In this document: piece after piece, positions 13,083 through 25,224 of the stretch
Position numbering within the stretch: the first letter of the stretch is position 1
Layout of the letters: every line of letters starts with the position of its first letter
NCBI GenBank assembly: GCA_973895155.1
Contig: OZ316894.1
Coordinates: 5,418,944 to 5,482,943, forward strand
Reading direction: 5' to 3'
Length of the DNA: 64,000 nt
DNA from: Marsupella aquatica
Taxonomy: Eukaryota; Plantae; Marchantiophyta
Program-made: the position numbers and the translations under genes
Notes under the pieces: generated by a model
What the model was told of the DNA's origin: nothing
What the model saw: only the letters and a program-made list of their open reading frames with translations
Databases searched by the model: none

Positions 13083-14090
13083 GGGAAGAGGATACGTTCG
13101 GTTCGTTTACGCAGTTGTTTGTGACGAAGCGAGGGCCTACTGCTTGGTTAAAAAACGCTGAAGCTGGGCACAACATGTTCCTGATCTTTCACGCAGAAGC
13201 TGCAGGCCGCACCTGCATGCCATTCAGCTATCCAGAATTTGCCTAGTGCTGAGTACTGCTTTAGAGGGATAGTGCACCAGAATGCCACCCAAGCCTCGCC
13301 TCTCTCCAGATCCCCGCCAGGTGAAATAACGAACAGGTCAAGTGTACCGACTTAACCAGTGCATCAATCAATAGAGGTCGATAGTTCGAGTGATCAGAAA
13401 CGGTGATTCTGGCTGCTATATCATCTAATCTTCTTCTTAGTCAAATCGTCGGTTGCCTTCAAGTACAATTATGCTGTACAGTAGGTAGCAGAAATGAGTC
13501 ACTGCACAGACGCAATTGCATTTCTTCATCGTGTCATGCTTGCTGTAGAGAAGAGATTGGCAGAATGCAAGTTCAACTCATTTTTGGAGCTTAGAATCAT
13601 GACCAGGGGTAGTAAATTCTCTATGCGTTGAGAGAGCATTGGATTATGCCGCACAGTGAAGACAACAAGGAATCAAGTTCAGTTTTCATCTGCTGAAAAC
13701 AATGTATGGTTATCGATCTGAATAAAAAATAACTCAAACTGACAGGTTGAGGTTGTCTACCTGTGATGATCCTTGTCCTCCTGAATTCTCACCCTGAAAT
13801 GTCAATATCTTGCAAAGTGGACGTCGAACGAACGTGCCAGAACCCAACCGAACCAAACCGAGACAAGGTCAAGTTATAAATCTATCGAAATAGTCTTGAC
13901 AGAGTGCCATCATGCCAATGGAAGGAGCGACTAGTCAGGTCTGACGGATTACCGCATGATCTCATCACCATGTGCTTGCAAGGATCTAGATTACCGCCTC
14001 ATCATCAGCTCATCGCAAGGATCCCGAATAGAGATCGACACAAAAATGCGAATTAATAAATTTGGTTGATAAAGTTACAAGGTGTATCTG

Positions 14091-17000
14091 TCATTGGTGC
14101 TTATCAAAATCACCATCCACATTTGTTGCTCCTACTATCTGCCCTACTATGGAATTCTTGAAGGAGAAGGTATACCATTCTCCGTCAGAGTCGACATCCA
14201 CAGTGGACAAGAGGTCTAGCGCGGCTCTGCCCTCTTCTAACAACTGATCTCTATTGACTGATGACGCAATTGGTTTCAAGTCTGGGAGGATAGAGTGGGG
14301 AAAAGGCTCACCCCCAGCTCCGGCCACAGCAGATGCCTTCAAGTTCAATTGTCCTACTTGGTCATCAAGATTTTGTGAGGCCCTGCTGTCTTTCCACAAC
14401 TGATCCCCACTGATTGGCAGATACGGTTCTTCATCGAGGAGCAATAAAGGAAACGGCTCATCCGAAGCTCCTGCTACTACAACCTCCACACCTTGTGAGG
14501 TCCTGTTGTCTTCCCACAACAGACCTTCCCTAGTTGACCCTAGTGGTTCCCCATCTGATACAACAGATTTAGGAAAAGGTCTATCTAAAGCAACTCCTAA
14601 ACGGGCCTTCAAGTCGAGTGGTGTCCTACTATATTCCCACAACTGATCCCCACTGATTGACAGACTAGGTTCTACGCCAGGGTGGGCAGAGTTGAGAAGA
14701 CACTCATCCAAAGCTAGTCCTACACGAAGCTCTGGGTGATGAGATGACCTACGATCTTCCCACAACTGATCTCCACTTTTTGACAAGCTCGGTTCCATTT
14801 CTGGGAGGACACAGTCAGAAAATGGCTCATCCCTAAGCACACTCTTTACCCTTTTCACCCTAAAATCGAGTCTCAACTCCCCCAGCCTATCTACAACAGC
14901 TGTGACCTGCGCAGTGCAGTTCTGATATCAGCACGAGACCCTGCAATAATTCATCCATGCATGATCTGAAACTTTCGCCTCTTGATCACACTGAAGAGCT
15001 GCAGGCACTTTATGAAATGAACAGCTACGGCATAGAAGAATGAATCAAACTTGGATTCCCGAGAAGATTTTTTTTTTTAAATCACCTTCTCATTCTAGGT
15101 GAAGAGAACGAAGAAGACAGTACTAACCTCGGTGTCTTCATCACCTTCCAATTCGACGTGCTCCTTGATAGCGCCTTTAGCCTGCTAGTCCAAGAATAGA
15201 ATGCATGCAAATGAGATCGCGATCCCAGCATGACACCTTGGAAATCATATCGATGACACATTCCCAAAGTTGAGGAAAAGAACCCAGATACTATCCGCCG
15301 ATGAAGCAACTTATGACCTTCTAGGTCTTAGATAAAATTGAGACGACAACAGTCGATACGAGGCACTTCGAGGAACAAATAACAAGATGGCTTTCATGAC
15401 AGCATTTGTCACAGTGAAGGGTCCAAGCGTTCATGAGATAATTACCGCATTATAGAGACGAGATAGATTAGTAGAGTTGAATCCACGGTCTCTGACGAGT
15501 AACCTGCTGAAGCGTCGTTTAGTAGCCTGGGCCTGTCAAATTGTACATTCAAACATTTCTCAAAAAAGTTATACAAGAGTAAGTCCAGAGTCAGACTGAT
15601 ACCACATAGTTACAATATTTTATTCAAAGATTAAAATAATGACAACGGTGCATTGAGCTGATGATACACAAGACTATCAGATATCACGCTACAAAATGCA
15701 GTCATTGGACCGTGACAGTAACAGCCCACAGTATGATTCTCGATCATCCTAACAAGCGAGACAGGTGAGAAAGCACTGAAGGCGAAGAGTGACGATGGTA
15801 CACGGATACTTCAGTGCTCTTTTCAACGCGATCATTGGAGGGCTTAGTTTCGGTACGAAGCATAAAATTAAGCCAAAAAAGTTAAATCTCAATCTAAACT
15901 CACTGCTGAAGAAGGACACGTGAAATTTCAACGCCGAGAAAGGCACAGTTACGTGTCCCACGCGCTTTCCCTAGATTTTTGAATTCTAAGATAGCTCGCA
16001 AAGGAGAGACCTGTGGACGTCTCACTCCCCGCCCTAGGGACATCTGCATCTCTTTCTGTACTCTACACCTTTCTAGGACTGTGTGGCGTCTGGTTGAAAT
16101 CTGTGACTTCTTCTATACTGACTAGTCCCAGCGGAGACACCGGTATGTAGCCATCAGAAGGTAGAAACCAGATAATGAGAGAACCCCTCCTCGTTTGTGT
16201 TAGATTGCAACTAACGATCAAGCAATGAAGCTCGTATCTGCCAGTTTACAGAGAAATTCCGGTTGCTCCTAACAGGATGGCAACGTCTATTTCATAACAA
16301 GGTTTCTGGCCGGCAATCTCGTACATCGTTCATAGCTTGGCTTTCCAACAATCAAATCAATTGTCAATTCTAGCAAATTAAGTTTAGCTTCAACACATCA
16401 CCGCGTATCCGACTACAGTGTACACTAGACTAGAGGCGAAACGTCCACAGAAACTGTCAGTCGTATAATGTCATTAAGAATGTTAAAGGGAAGGGATAAA
16501 GACAGCTACGATTGAAGTTTCTAGCTACAGATTACAGTGTTCCAGCTTATGCAAGAAATCCGAGAAAATGGTATAGAAAGTCTCCAACACAATGCGTCAT
16601 ATTATGCATCATTCTCATTCTTATAATCATCAGAAATGAATGGCAAATCAAAGTGGAGTGGAGTGGAGTAGAGTAGAGTGGAGTGGAGTGGAGACTCCCA
16701 AGCAATACCTCGTTAGGAGCTCCTATCAAAACACGCCAGGCCAGGTGAAGCCGGTCCCAAAAGCTCCCCATAGCTTCCTCTTCTCCTGTCATGGCATCGG
16801 CCTCTGCTCCTCCTACGCCGACATCCGACTGCTGCCGCGACCTAAGGGCTTCTTGTCTACCACTACCTCTACTACTTCTAGTAATCGTCATACGCTGCAT
16901 CCGGCAGGACGTTGGGTAAGACGACGACACCGCTTCCGTCTCTGCTGCTGAGGAACCAAAGCGAGCAGACCTCCTTCCAATCCTTGCAATCGTCGTCGTC

Positions 17001-17137
17001 CGTCGAGCCGCCGCCCGGCCAGATACAACTCCATCACCACCTGACAATAATGCTATGTCGACACTATCGCGCGTGAAAAGGACGTCCGCTTGAAGCATCA
17101 TCATCGGTCCATGGCCTCCCGCCACCACCATCGCCAT
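14091..17137 (-). CDS. MINE1: Plastid division topological specificity factor MinE-like protein with long C-terminal repeat extension; exons 17137-16709, 15532-15446, 15181-15128, 14906-14091 (~461 aa)
   Basis: MGSFWDRLHLAWRVL..|AQATKRRFSRLLVRDR..|AKGAIKEHVELEGDEDTE|VTAVVDRLGELRLDFRVKRVK parallels plant MinE (MGFFDRLNLAWK..IAKQRLKMILFSDR..FVEIESEEKV..VPVRRVK). All three introns are GT-AG, phase 0. Confidence 0.75.
16651..16692. repeat. (GTGGA/GTAGA)n pentanucleotide microsatellite in MinE-like intron 1
   Basis: agtggagtggagtggagtagagtagagtggagtggagtgga. Confidence 0.9.
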
Positions 17138-19411
17138 TCACAACAGAAAAATTCTACTTTCACAATTTCCCCACACAAGAAGTCTCCAAACCAAACCAAA
17201 CCAAATCAAACCAATCCAAATCCAGTCCAATCCAACCGAAGCAAAATGCCTCCAAACAACACCGAAATCGTTCCCGGACGGACCGAGGAAATCCGCCCCG
17301 CCAAAAAACTCCGCACCACTGCTCCCACAACCAAAACGTTGGAGCTGAAACGTGTAGAACCCAAACCAAATCCAGTGGTCAAAATGCCTCAAAACTGCAC
17401 CGGAACGCAGCTGGATACCAGATTACTTCCTCTCGACTGCAGCATTCCTCCAGAAGCTGAAAAACTGCTCGAACGAATTGATTACAGTAGTGCAGCTGGT
17501 GTTTTCCGGAATCTGTCTACTCAACACCTGCAGCACCTCATTCTGCCGTCCAACAGACCATTGAATGACGGATTGTTGAGCGAAACGAAGCTACTGCGGG
17601 ATCGATCGCAGAAGCGAGTGCGATTTCGGGGATCATCGCTCATCTCCGGCAGACAGAACTCCCGAAATTGCCGCCATCGCTAACTCTCGAGAGAGTAGCG
17701 TCAAATGCGAAATTGATTTCTCGACCAACGAAGAAAAATGGAGGAAGTCTACTAGTGGAAGATTCGAATCAATAATCACGAATTAGGGGCTTGAGATTAC
17801 AGCTAATCTCGGAAATTTGGCTGTTGAGTGAATTGAAGGCTCAGATTGCCCTCCAAAGGTAGAGGTAGATGAAATTTGAAAATGTTTTCAAGATAGGAGA
17901 AGCACTTTAAGTCCCATGGGCCCCAAAACAATTCGAGCTTAAACTTGTTTAAAACTCTATCTGTGTATCTAAACACTATACTATGCAACATGTTGTGTTT
18001 ATTAAATGTTATTTTTGCAAAAAGCCTCCTTAACTTTGGATAGTGTTGACATTTTTTCCTAAGCAATAGATGCACCTAAAGATAATGGTACCACTCTGCA
18101 GCCAATGGGCCCTCCCACTACTCCAACACTCCTTCAAATCCAGCTGTCAGAATTATTGCCAACTCTGGGTGACATCTGACTGCTTGCCCATCTCATTAGC
18201 AACCCTAAACCCTCCTGGGAGGCCTTCACCCTTACACATAAGTTGCTTTTACCTTAACTTGCCATTGTCCACTAATCTGCCGGAGTATTTCCTTGGAGTT
18301 TTATGTCAACTTTGTTAAGAAGATTATTGATTAATTGTAGTAACCTGGATCAGGGTGAATTTTAAGGTTGTTTTTTTTTTTTTGCCAATGTGGGCACCCC
18401 ATTTGTGAAGGAAAAGATGCTACAAATATCCTTATCTATTTTTCATAGATTAAGTTATGCCCTTATATCATCCCAGATTTATGCATAATTGTCAGATTCT
18501 GGCTAATGTGGTCTGTCTCTAGGTGGGAAACTGGCTGATCAAAGACAAAAGGTGCAGCTAATGTTTCCCAAGAGTGGCTAGGACATTTAAGTGCAGTTGA
18601 GTTTGGCCACGTTTTGGCCACTACAAAAAATACTAACCTGGATCTAAAGGTGTTGAAAATGGACGGTGGCTGTTTAAATCAAACGCTGAACTTCTACATC
18701 CCAACCAAGCGTTAAACTTTAGGCCAGCGTTTTCAATTTGTGCAATTTGCACACGTTCGCTACCAAGTGTAGAGGCTTTTGATACAAAGAGGTTTTTGAA
18801 AAGTTTGAGTGATTATTTGCCAAAATGAACTGTCCTGACCTAACCTTAGGGAGATCTAATGGTCATAATGTGACCATAATATTAAAAACTTCAGGAACAA
18901 TACTTTGACCTATAATTAAAAGGGAGAGGTTAGCATCATCTTGAAGTGTTTGTTTCTCACTCTCCTTGCATTTTTCACCAAGTTTAGGTATCTTTAGTAT
19001 ATGAATTAATGTTAATTTAATATAACTTGTATATAAGGATAAAAATAAACAGTTTTTTATTACTTTGTTACTAAAAATGTTATAATTCATAATACTGCCA
19101 CTGTTTTTTCTGTATTTATAAAAATTTCACTATTTTATATACGTATAACAAGTTTACAAGATAACTAAGGAAACTATATACAGAAACAGTGGCATTTTTT
19201 TAAATAAAAAAACAATGACAATATTATAAATTCAAATATCTTTAGTGACAATATAATTAAAAGCTGTAAAAATAAAATATTCTAACTAAAGTTGACAAGA
19301 TTGAAAAATTAATATAGGACTCAAGAGTGTATCTAGAAAAAACCTAACTAAAAACTCTAAGAGGGGGGCCAAAAACATTATCAAAGTCCAAGAATACAAG
19401 ATACACATATT

Positions 19412-19669
19412 TGTTAACGTTACGTCCGAACTCTATTTCTGTGCTCTCCTCATTACTCTGATAGTACACTTCCATTAATACATTCTTACCTAACCTCACT
19501 TAGTGATTTAATTACATTCGTTAGATCTAGGGCTAATTAGTCCTACGGCCAGATTTGGCCTACAGTTTAGTTAGCGTTGTGCCTTCCCTTTCCACTGTAT
19601 ATAGTTGTCCCCTGCCGGGATCTCCGTGTTCAATTCATTCTTTTCAATCAGTGAAGCTAATTTCTTTCA
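19412..19669 (+). repeat. Copia 5' LTR
   Basis: tgttaacg...tttctttca, followed directly by the PBS. Confidence 0.95.
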
Positions 19670-19773
19670 TGGTATCAGAGCGGGCCCGCATCGATCCCCC
19701 GCATCGATCCCCTGCTTAGTAGTGTGATTACTCTGTCGGTGAGCATCTCCCAATCAGTACAGGGTTACACACG

Positions 19774-22700
19774 ATGGGCTCTCAATCTGTCAGCACGCAC
19801 ATTGAGTCTTCTAAAGGTTACGGGTACACTGAATCTGAAAAGCTTGATGGGACCAAGAACTACATGATGTGGGCATTCAAGGTGAAACGCATCATGAAGA
19901 GGGAGAAAATCTGGACTGAACTGATTGATCCAGAAAGCACTCCACCAACTTTATCAGCTGAGCAGCTTGCTGACAAACAAGAACGTGCACTGTACATCAT
20001 CGTCAGCACGGTAAGGGACCACATTATTCCCTTAGTTAAAAAATTTGAGGATGACCCTAGAAAGCTATGGGTTGAATTAAAAACTAGATTTGAGTCAGCT
20101 GCATTGGGAACTCAGCTGGTCCTACGTAAACGTCTGAACATGTTGCTTATGTCAGAAGGATCCTCTATTGAGGACTTTGTCAAGGAGATTGACTCCATCA
20201 TTATTCAACTTGCTGACACTGGAGATTCTGTGGAGGACAAAGAGTTGATACGCATCACTCTTAACGGTCTGCCAGATAGTTGGCAGCCATTCATCACTTC
20301 GTTTGGCACTATTCTTCACCAAAACCCAAAAATTTCTTTTGGGGAGTTGGTCAGCCACATGCAAGCAGAAGAACTTCAGAGAACTCTCAGGAAACGCAAC
20401 ACTAAAGAAGCCCTTGCAGTGCAGTACAATAGTACCCACACCAACTACAACAATGACAATTACCGAGGCAAAGGTAGAGGCCGTGGGAGAACTGGAGGTG
20501 GCAGAGGCAACTTAAAAAGTAAGGCATTTACTAACTCTGATGGTAGAAATCCTATTGCTTGCAATTTTTGTGGTTACGCAGGACATTGGGAAAGCAACTG
20601 TCTGAAAAAGATAGAAAATCAAATCAAAGACCTACAGTTGAAGCACTCTGACATCAAGAAAGGCAAGAGATACGCCAACGTTGCTGAAGTTGAGTTCCCT
20701 GGAGCAGAAGCCGATCTGTCAACTGGAACTACGACTGCCACAGAGCTCAACAATGTTGAAGTCAACCTCACAGAGTTCCACCGAGACCGTGATTGGCTGA
20801 TTGATTCTGGAGCCAGCATGCATGTCAGCGGCAGTAGCTCTGCTCTTGATTCCTTTGCCCCATGCTCCACTCCTTCAAATGTGACGACCGCTTCTGGAAC
20901 ACGAGTTCCAATAGCAGGCAAAGGATGTACTACATTTGGCAATAATAAAGTTGTCCGCAAAGTTTTGTATGTGCCTGGGTTAACTCGAAATCTTCTATCT
21001 GTGGGGCAATTAGCAGACCAGGGTCATGATGTCCTGTTTAACTCCACACATTGCTATGTACTTGATAAAAAGGACTATAGCAAAGTCTTTCTTACAGCAG
21101 AGCGGGATAGATCCAGTAGCTTATACCGGTTGAATAGCTCTCTCAAGGGAAACTCAGATTTATGTCCTGAGGCGCACTTGTCGCTGATTGATGTGCCCCC
21201 AACACTGGCAAATCACAGACCTCAACATCGACTCTTGACTGAAGCACCCATTGTGGACAAGGTTGTTCTCAACAGTTCAGAATTGCAGTTATGGCATCGT
21301 CGCTTGTGCCATGTGAACTTTCACCGGCTTCATTCAATGACAACTAAGTAGCTTGTTGTTGGAATGCCCTCTCTTCCACTTGAGAAACACGTTTGTGACT
21401 CCTGCATTCTTGCCAAGCAACATCAAGAACGTGCTCCACGCAAATCCGAGAGCCGTTCAGATCGCCCATTGTAGCTTATACACACCGATCTCTGTGGACC
21501 GTTCGAAATCTCAACCCTTCAGGGCTCTCGTTATCTTCTGACGTTCACAGATGATCACTCTCGATTCACTTGGACATACTTTCTTGCTGCCAAGAGTGAA
21601 ACATTTGCAAAATTCAAGGAGTTCCAAGCCATGGTTGAGAACGAACTACAGGCCAAAATCTCATGCCTTCGCTCGGATCGGGGAGGAGAGTATCTGTCAG
21701 CAGAATTTAATCTCCATTGTGACCAGCACGGCATTAGACGACAGCTCACTGCAACACGTACTCCACATCAAATGGTGTAGCTGAGAGAAAGAATCGCACT
21801 TTGCTGGAGGCAGCACGAAGCATTCAACTAGCAGGACGCATCCCAGATTTTCTTTGGGATGAACTCATAAAAAATGCTACGTATACTCTCAACAGGTGTG
21901 AAACTTCTTCTCTTCATCAATCCACACCTTTTCAGGCTCTGTATGGATCTAAACCTGATGTTTCTCATCTTCGAGTTGCTGGATGTCTAGCCTATGTCCA
22001 TATCCCAAGACATCTAAGGCAAAAATTATCAGCTAAGTCTCTTAGAACTGTCTTTCTTGGATATGATGACAAAACCAAAGCATATAGATGCTTCGATCCT
22101 CTCCGACGAAAAATTTTAATCAGCAGAGACGTTGTATTCAATGAGGAAGTTATGCCTGATTTCAGTGTTCAAGTTGGCCATTGCATTGAGACGATTCTCT
22201 CCACAGAATATCCTTTCTCAGATTCAAGTGACATCTTGCCTGGTCAACCCTCTACCGGGCCCTCTACTTCACTAGAATTTTCTGAGAACACCATTGACGA
22301 TCTTCCGCATTCACTTACATCTGCTGAGTCCAGTCTCCCTATTGATTCGTCTCTGGATCCGGAGTCGTCTTCTTCACAAGAACTGACTTACGACTCATCA
22401 ATTTCTCCCGAACCTGAAGTTGCACGCGACGACTTGCCTACTGAGTCTGTTAATACGTCACTGGATATCTCAGCTGAACCTCCAACACGCAGGTCTAGCA
22501 GAAGCAGAGCTCTCCCTGTCTACCTTCGGAAGGATTTTGTGCTTGGATATACACCCCGCAATCCTGACATCTGTCTTGTTGACACATCTGACCCAGTTGA
22601 TGAGAACGTCACATTTGATCAAGCCATTTGTGACCCTGCATGGCATGCTTCTATGACTGAGGAATATGAGTCATTGCTTACTAATGACACATGGGATCTC

Positions 22701-24224
22701 GTTCCGCTCCCAATTGGCAAAAGAGCCATCTCCTCACGATGGGTCTACCGTATCAAGCAAGAGCTCAACCCTATTCGACAAAGGCTCAAGTCTAGATTGG
22801 TAGCCAGAGGTCTTGAGCAACGACATGGCATTGATTTTGAAGACACGTTTGCTCCTGTCATCAAATGGTCTACTCTGCAGTTTATCATTGCTCTTGCAGC
22901 AGCATCGGGATGGCGGTTGAGTCATATGGATGTCATTACAGCTTTTCTAAATGGAAAATTGAAGGAATTGATCTATATGATGCAGCCACTTGGCTTTGAA
23001 GTCCCAGGCCAAGAGAATCTTGTCTGTCGCTTGAAGCGTAGCATCTATGGGCTGAAGCAGTCTCCTCGAGCCTGGTATGAGGAAATCAATGCTTTTCTGA
23101 TCAGTACAGGGTGGACCAGAAGTGCAGCCGACTACAATCTTTACTTTCTGAATGACAACGGGAAATTTGTTCTTCTTCTTCTCTTTGTTGATGATCTCTT
23201 ACTCACCGGCAACGATGAATCCAAGATTGCAGCAGTCAAGGTACAATTACGTGAGAAATATCAGATGAAGGATCTTGGGTATGCGCAAAAATACCTGGGT
23301 ATCGAATTTATGGAGACATCATCTGGTATGTTCATCCACCAAAAGACCTACTGTGAACAACTCATGGAGGACTATGATATGATAAATTGTCGCTCTGCTG
23401 CAGTCCCACTACCTGAAGGAATTCAGCTATTATCTGAGACAGCTACACCGGCAGTTGATTCCACTTACTACTGCCAACTTGTCGGGAAGCTTATTTATCT
23501 TACGAATACTCGCCCCGACCTTGCATATGTTGTTGGAATTCTAAGCAGGTTTATGAGCCGTCCTCAGCAGAAGCACCTTGATGCAGCAGTACATGTCTTG
23601 AGATACATTAAAGCGACAACTGACTATGGATTGTTCTATCCCCGCTCCTCGTCTCTTTCCTTAGAAGGCTTCACCGATTCTGATCATGGAGCATGTAAAG
23701 AAACAAGGAGGTCTATTGGTGCATATCTCTTCAAGTTTGCGGGAGGCACTATTACCTGGTCAAGTAAGCGACAACCTACCGTGTCTCAAAGTTCAACTGA
23801 AGCAGAATATAGAGCACTATCTGAAGGTGCCAGGGAGGCAGTATTCTTACGACAGCTCATTCATGAGCTGCGGTTTATTCCTCAGGTACAGGCAATCCTC
23901 AGTTGCAGCGATTCTGAGGTATTGTCAAATCTGTCACAAGCTGGTACACCCACTTCATTGGATTCCCAACTCAATCTGTTTTGTGACAACCAGGGCTCCA
24001 TCAACCTTGCCAAAAATCCAATTTTCCATGCACGTACAAAGCACATTGAAGTGCAACATCACTTCATCAGGGAACGTGTTCTCGAAGGAGAGCTAAAATT
24101 ACGTCACATTTCTACTTCTAACCAGCCGGCAGATATGCTGACCAAACCCTTGGGCAGAATCAAATTCCATCAACATCGATCCTTTATTGGATTAAAGTCT
24201 TTGCACGATGTTATACGAGACTGA
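19774..24224 (+). pseudogene. Copia gag-pol polyprotein (Gag with CCHC, protease, GAG-pre-integrase, integrase, RT, RNase H), disrupted
   Basis: CNFCGYAGHWESNC, WLIDSGAS, LWHRRLCH, IHTDLCGP, RSDRGGEY, LKRSIYGLKQSPR, FVDDLL, TRPDL, STEAEY, ADMLTKPL. In-frame TAG at 21349 and 21472, and a 1-nt frameshift near 21768 in PHQNGVAER. Confidence 0.93.
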
Positions 24225-24423
24225 CAAATCACTCAGGTCAAATGAGTCCTCGCTGTGTCTCTCAACTTCAATCAATCTGAATTCTACTCTGATTGGATTC
24301 TACTGCACTCCGTTCCGACTGCTGGATACGAGGGGGCATCATTGAAGGCCCTGTTTGCTATCGAACTGCTTGTGCTGCAATTGCATGCTCGTGCTGCAAT
24401 TGCAATGTTCGGACGCGAGGGGG

Positions 24424-24681
24424 TGTTAACGTTACGTCCGAACTCTATTTCTGTGCTCTCCTCATTACTCTGATAGTACACTTCCGTTAATACATTCTTA
24501 CCTAACCTCACTTAGTGATTTAATTACATTCGTTAGATCTAGGGCTAATTAGTCCTACGGCCAGATTTGGCCTACAGTTTAGTTAGCGCTGTGCCTTCCC
24601 TTTCCACTGTATATAGTTGTCCCCTGCCGGGATCTCCGTGTTCAATTCATTCTTTTCAATCAGTGAAGCTAATTTCTTTCA
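24424..24681 (+). repeat. Copia 3' LTR
   Basis: Copy of 19412-19669, preceded by gcgaggggg PPT and followed by the TSD. Confidence 0.95.
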
Positions 24682-25224
24682 ATATTAAGGCAAATTGAAA
24701 TAAAACTGCATATCACAATCAACAATTAACAATAAGACAGACTAACCTTAGTGGGCCCCAACTTGGTAACACTATATACTACACCTGGCTACACGCATGA
24801 ACTATCAGAATGCCTTAAAGGGTCCTCTGTCCATAGAAGCTTCACCTTTTCTGGTTGACAACAAGTCCTTTTTGCAAGCCTAGTTTGGTGCATCGGGAAA
24901 CAGTGCAATTCGTGAAGTGACCACGAGACAGAAGGAGAGAATCATGAACTACTAGAATGTCTGAGAGGGTCCTGTGGATACCTGCCTGCCCCACCTTCTA
25001 TGGTCGACAACAAGTCCAATTTGGTGCACATCAGGAGACAGAGCACTTCGCAATTTGACCATAAGAGAGAGACAGAGAGACTGTGAAGGGTGAGAGAAGG
25101 AGGTGAGGGATTCCTGCAAAATGAGCTCAATTCTGAGTTGACGGATCAGAAAGAGAGGTGCTGGCACCCATCTCATCTCAGGCCCAATCTAGCACCCAGG
25201 CTACGAGATAAGAAATCAAGAATC

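Larger units (their letters stand above)
19412..24681 (+). mobile_element. Full-length Ty1/copia LTR retrotransposon (5270 bp)
   Basis: 258-bp LTRs TG..CA at 19412-19669 and 24424-24681 (2 substitutions seen). 5-bp TSD ATATT (19407-19411 / 24682-24686). PBS tggtatcagagc (19670-19681, tRNA-iMet type). G-rich PPT before the 3' LTR. Confidence 0.97.

Noticed and set aside
17090-17683. 197-aa plus-strand ORF
   Set aside because: Overlaps the MinE-like 5' region antisense, contains a (CCAAA)n microsatellite, and has no recognisable domain.
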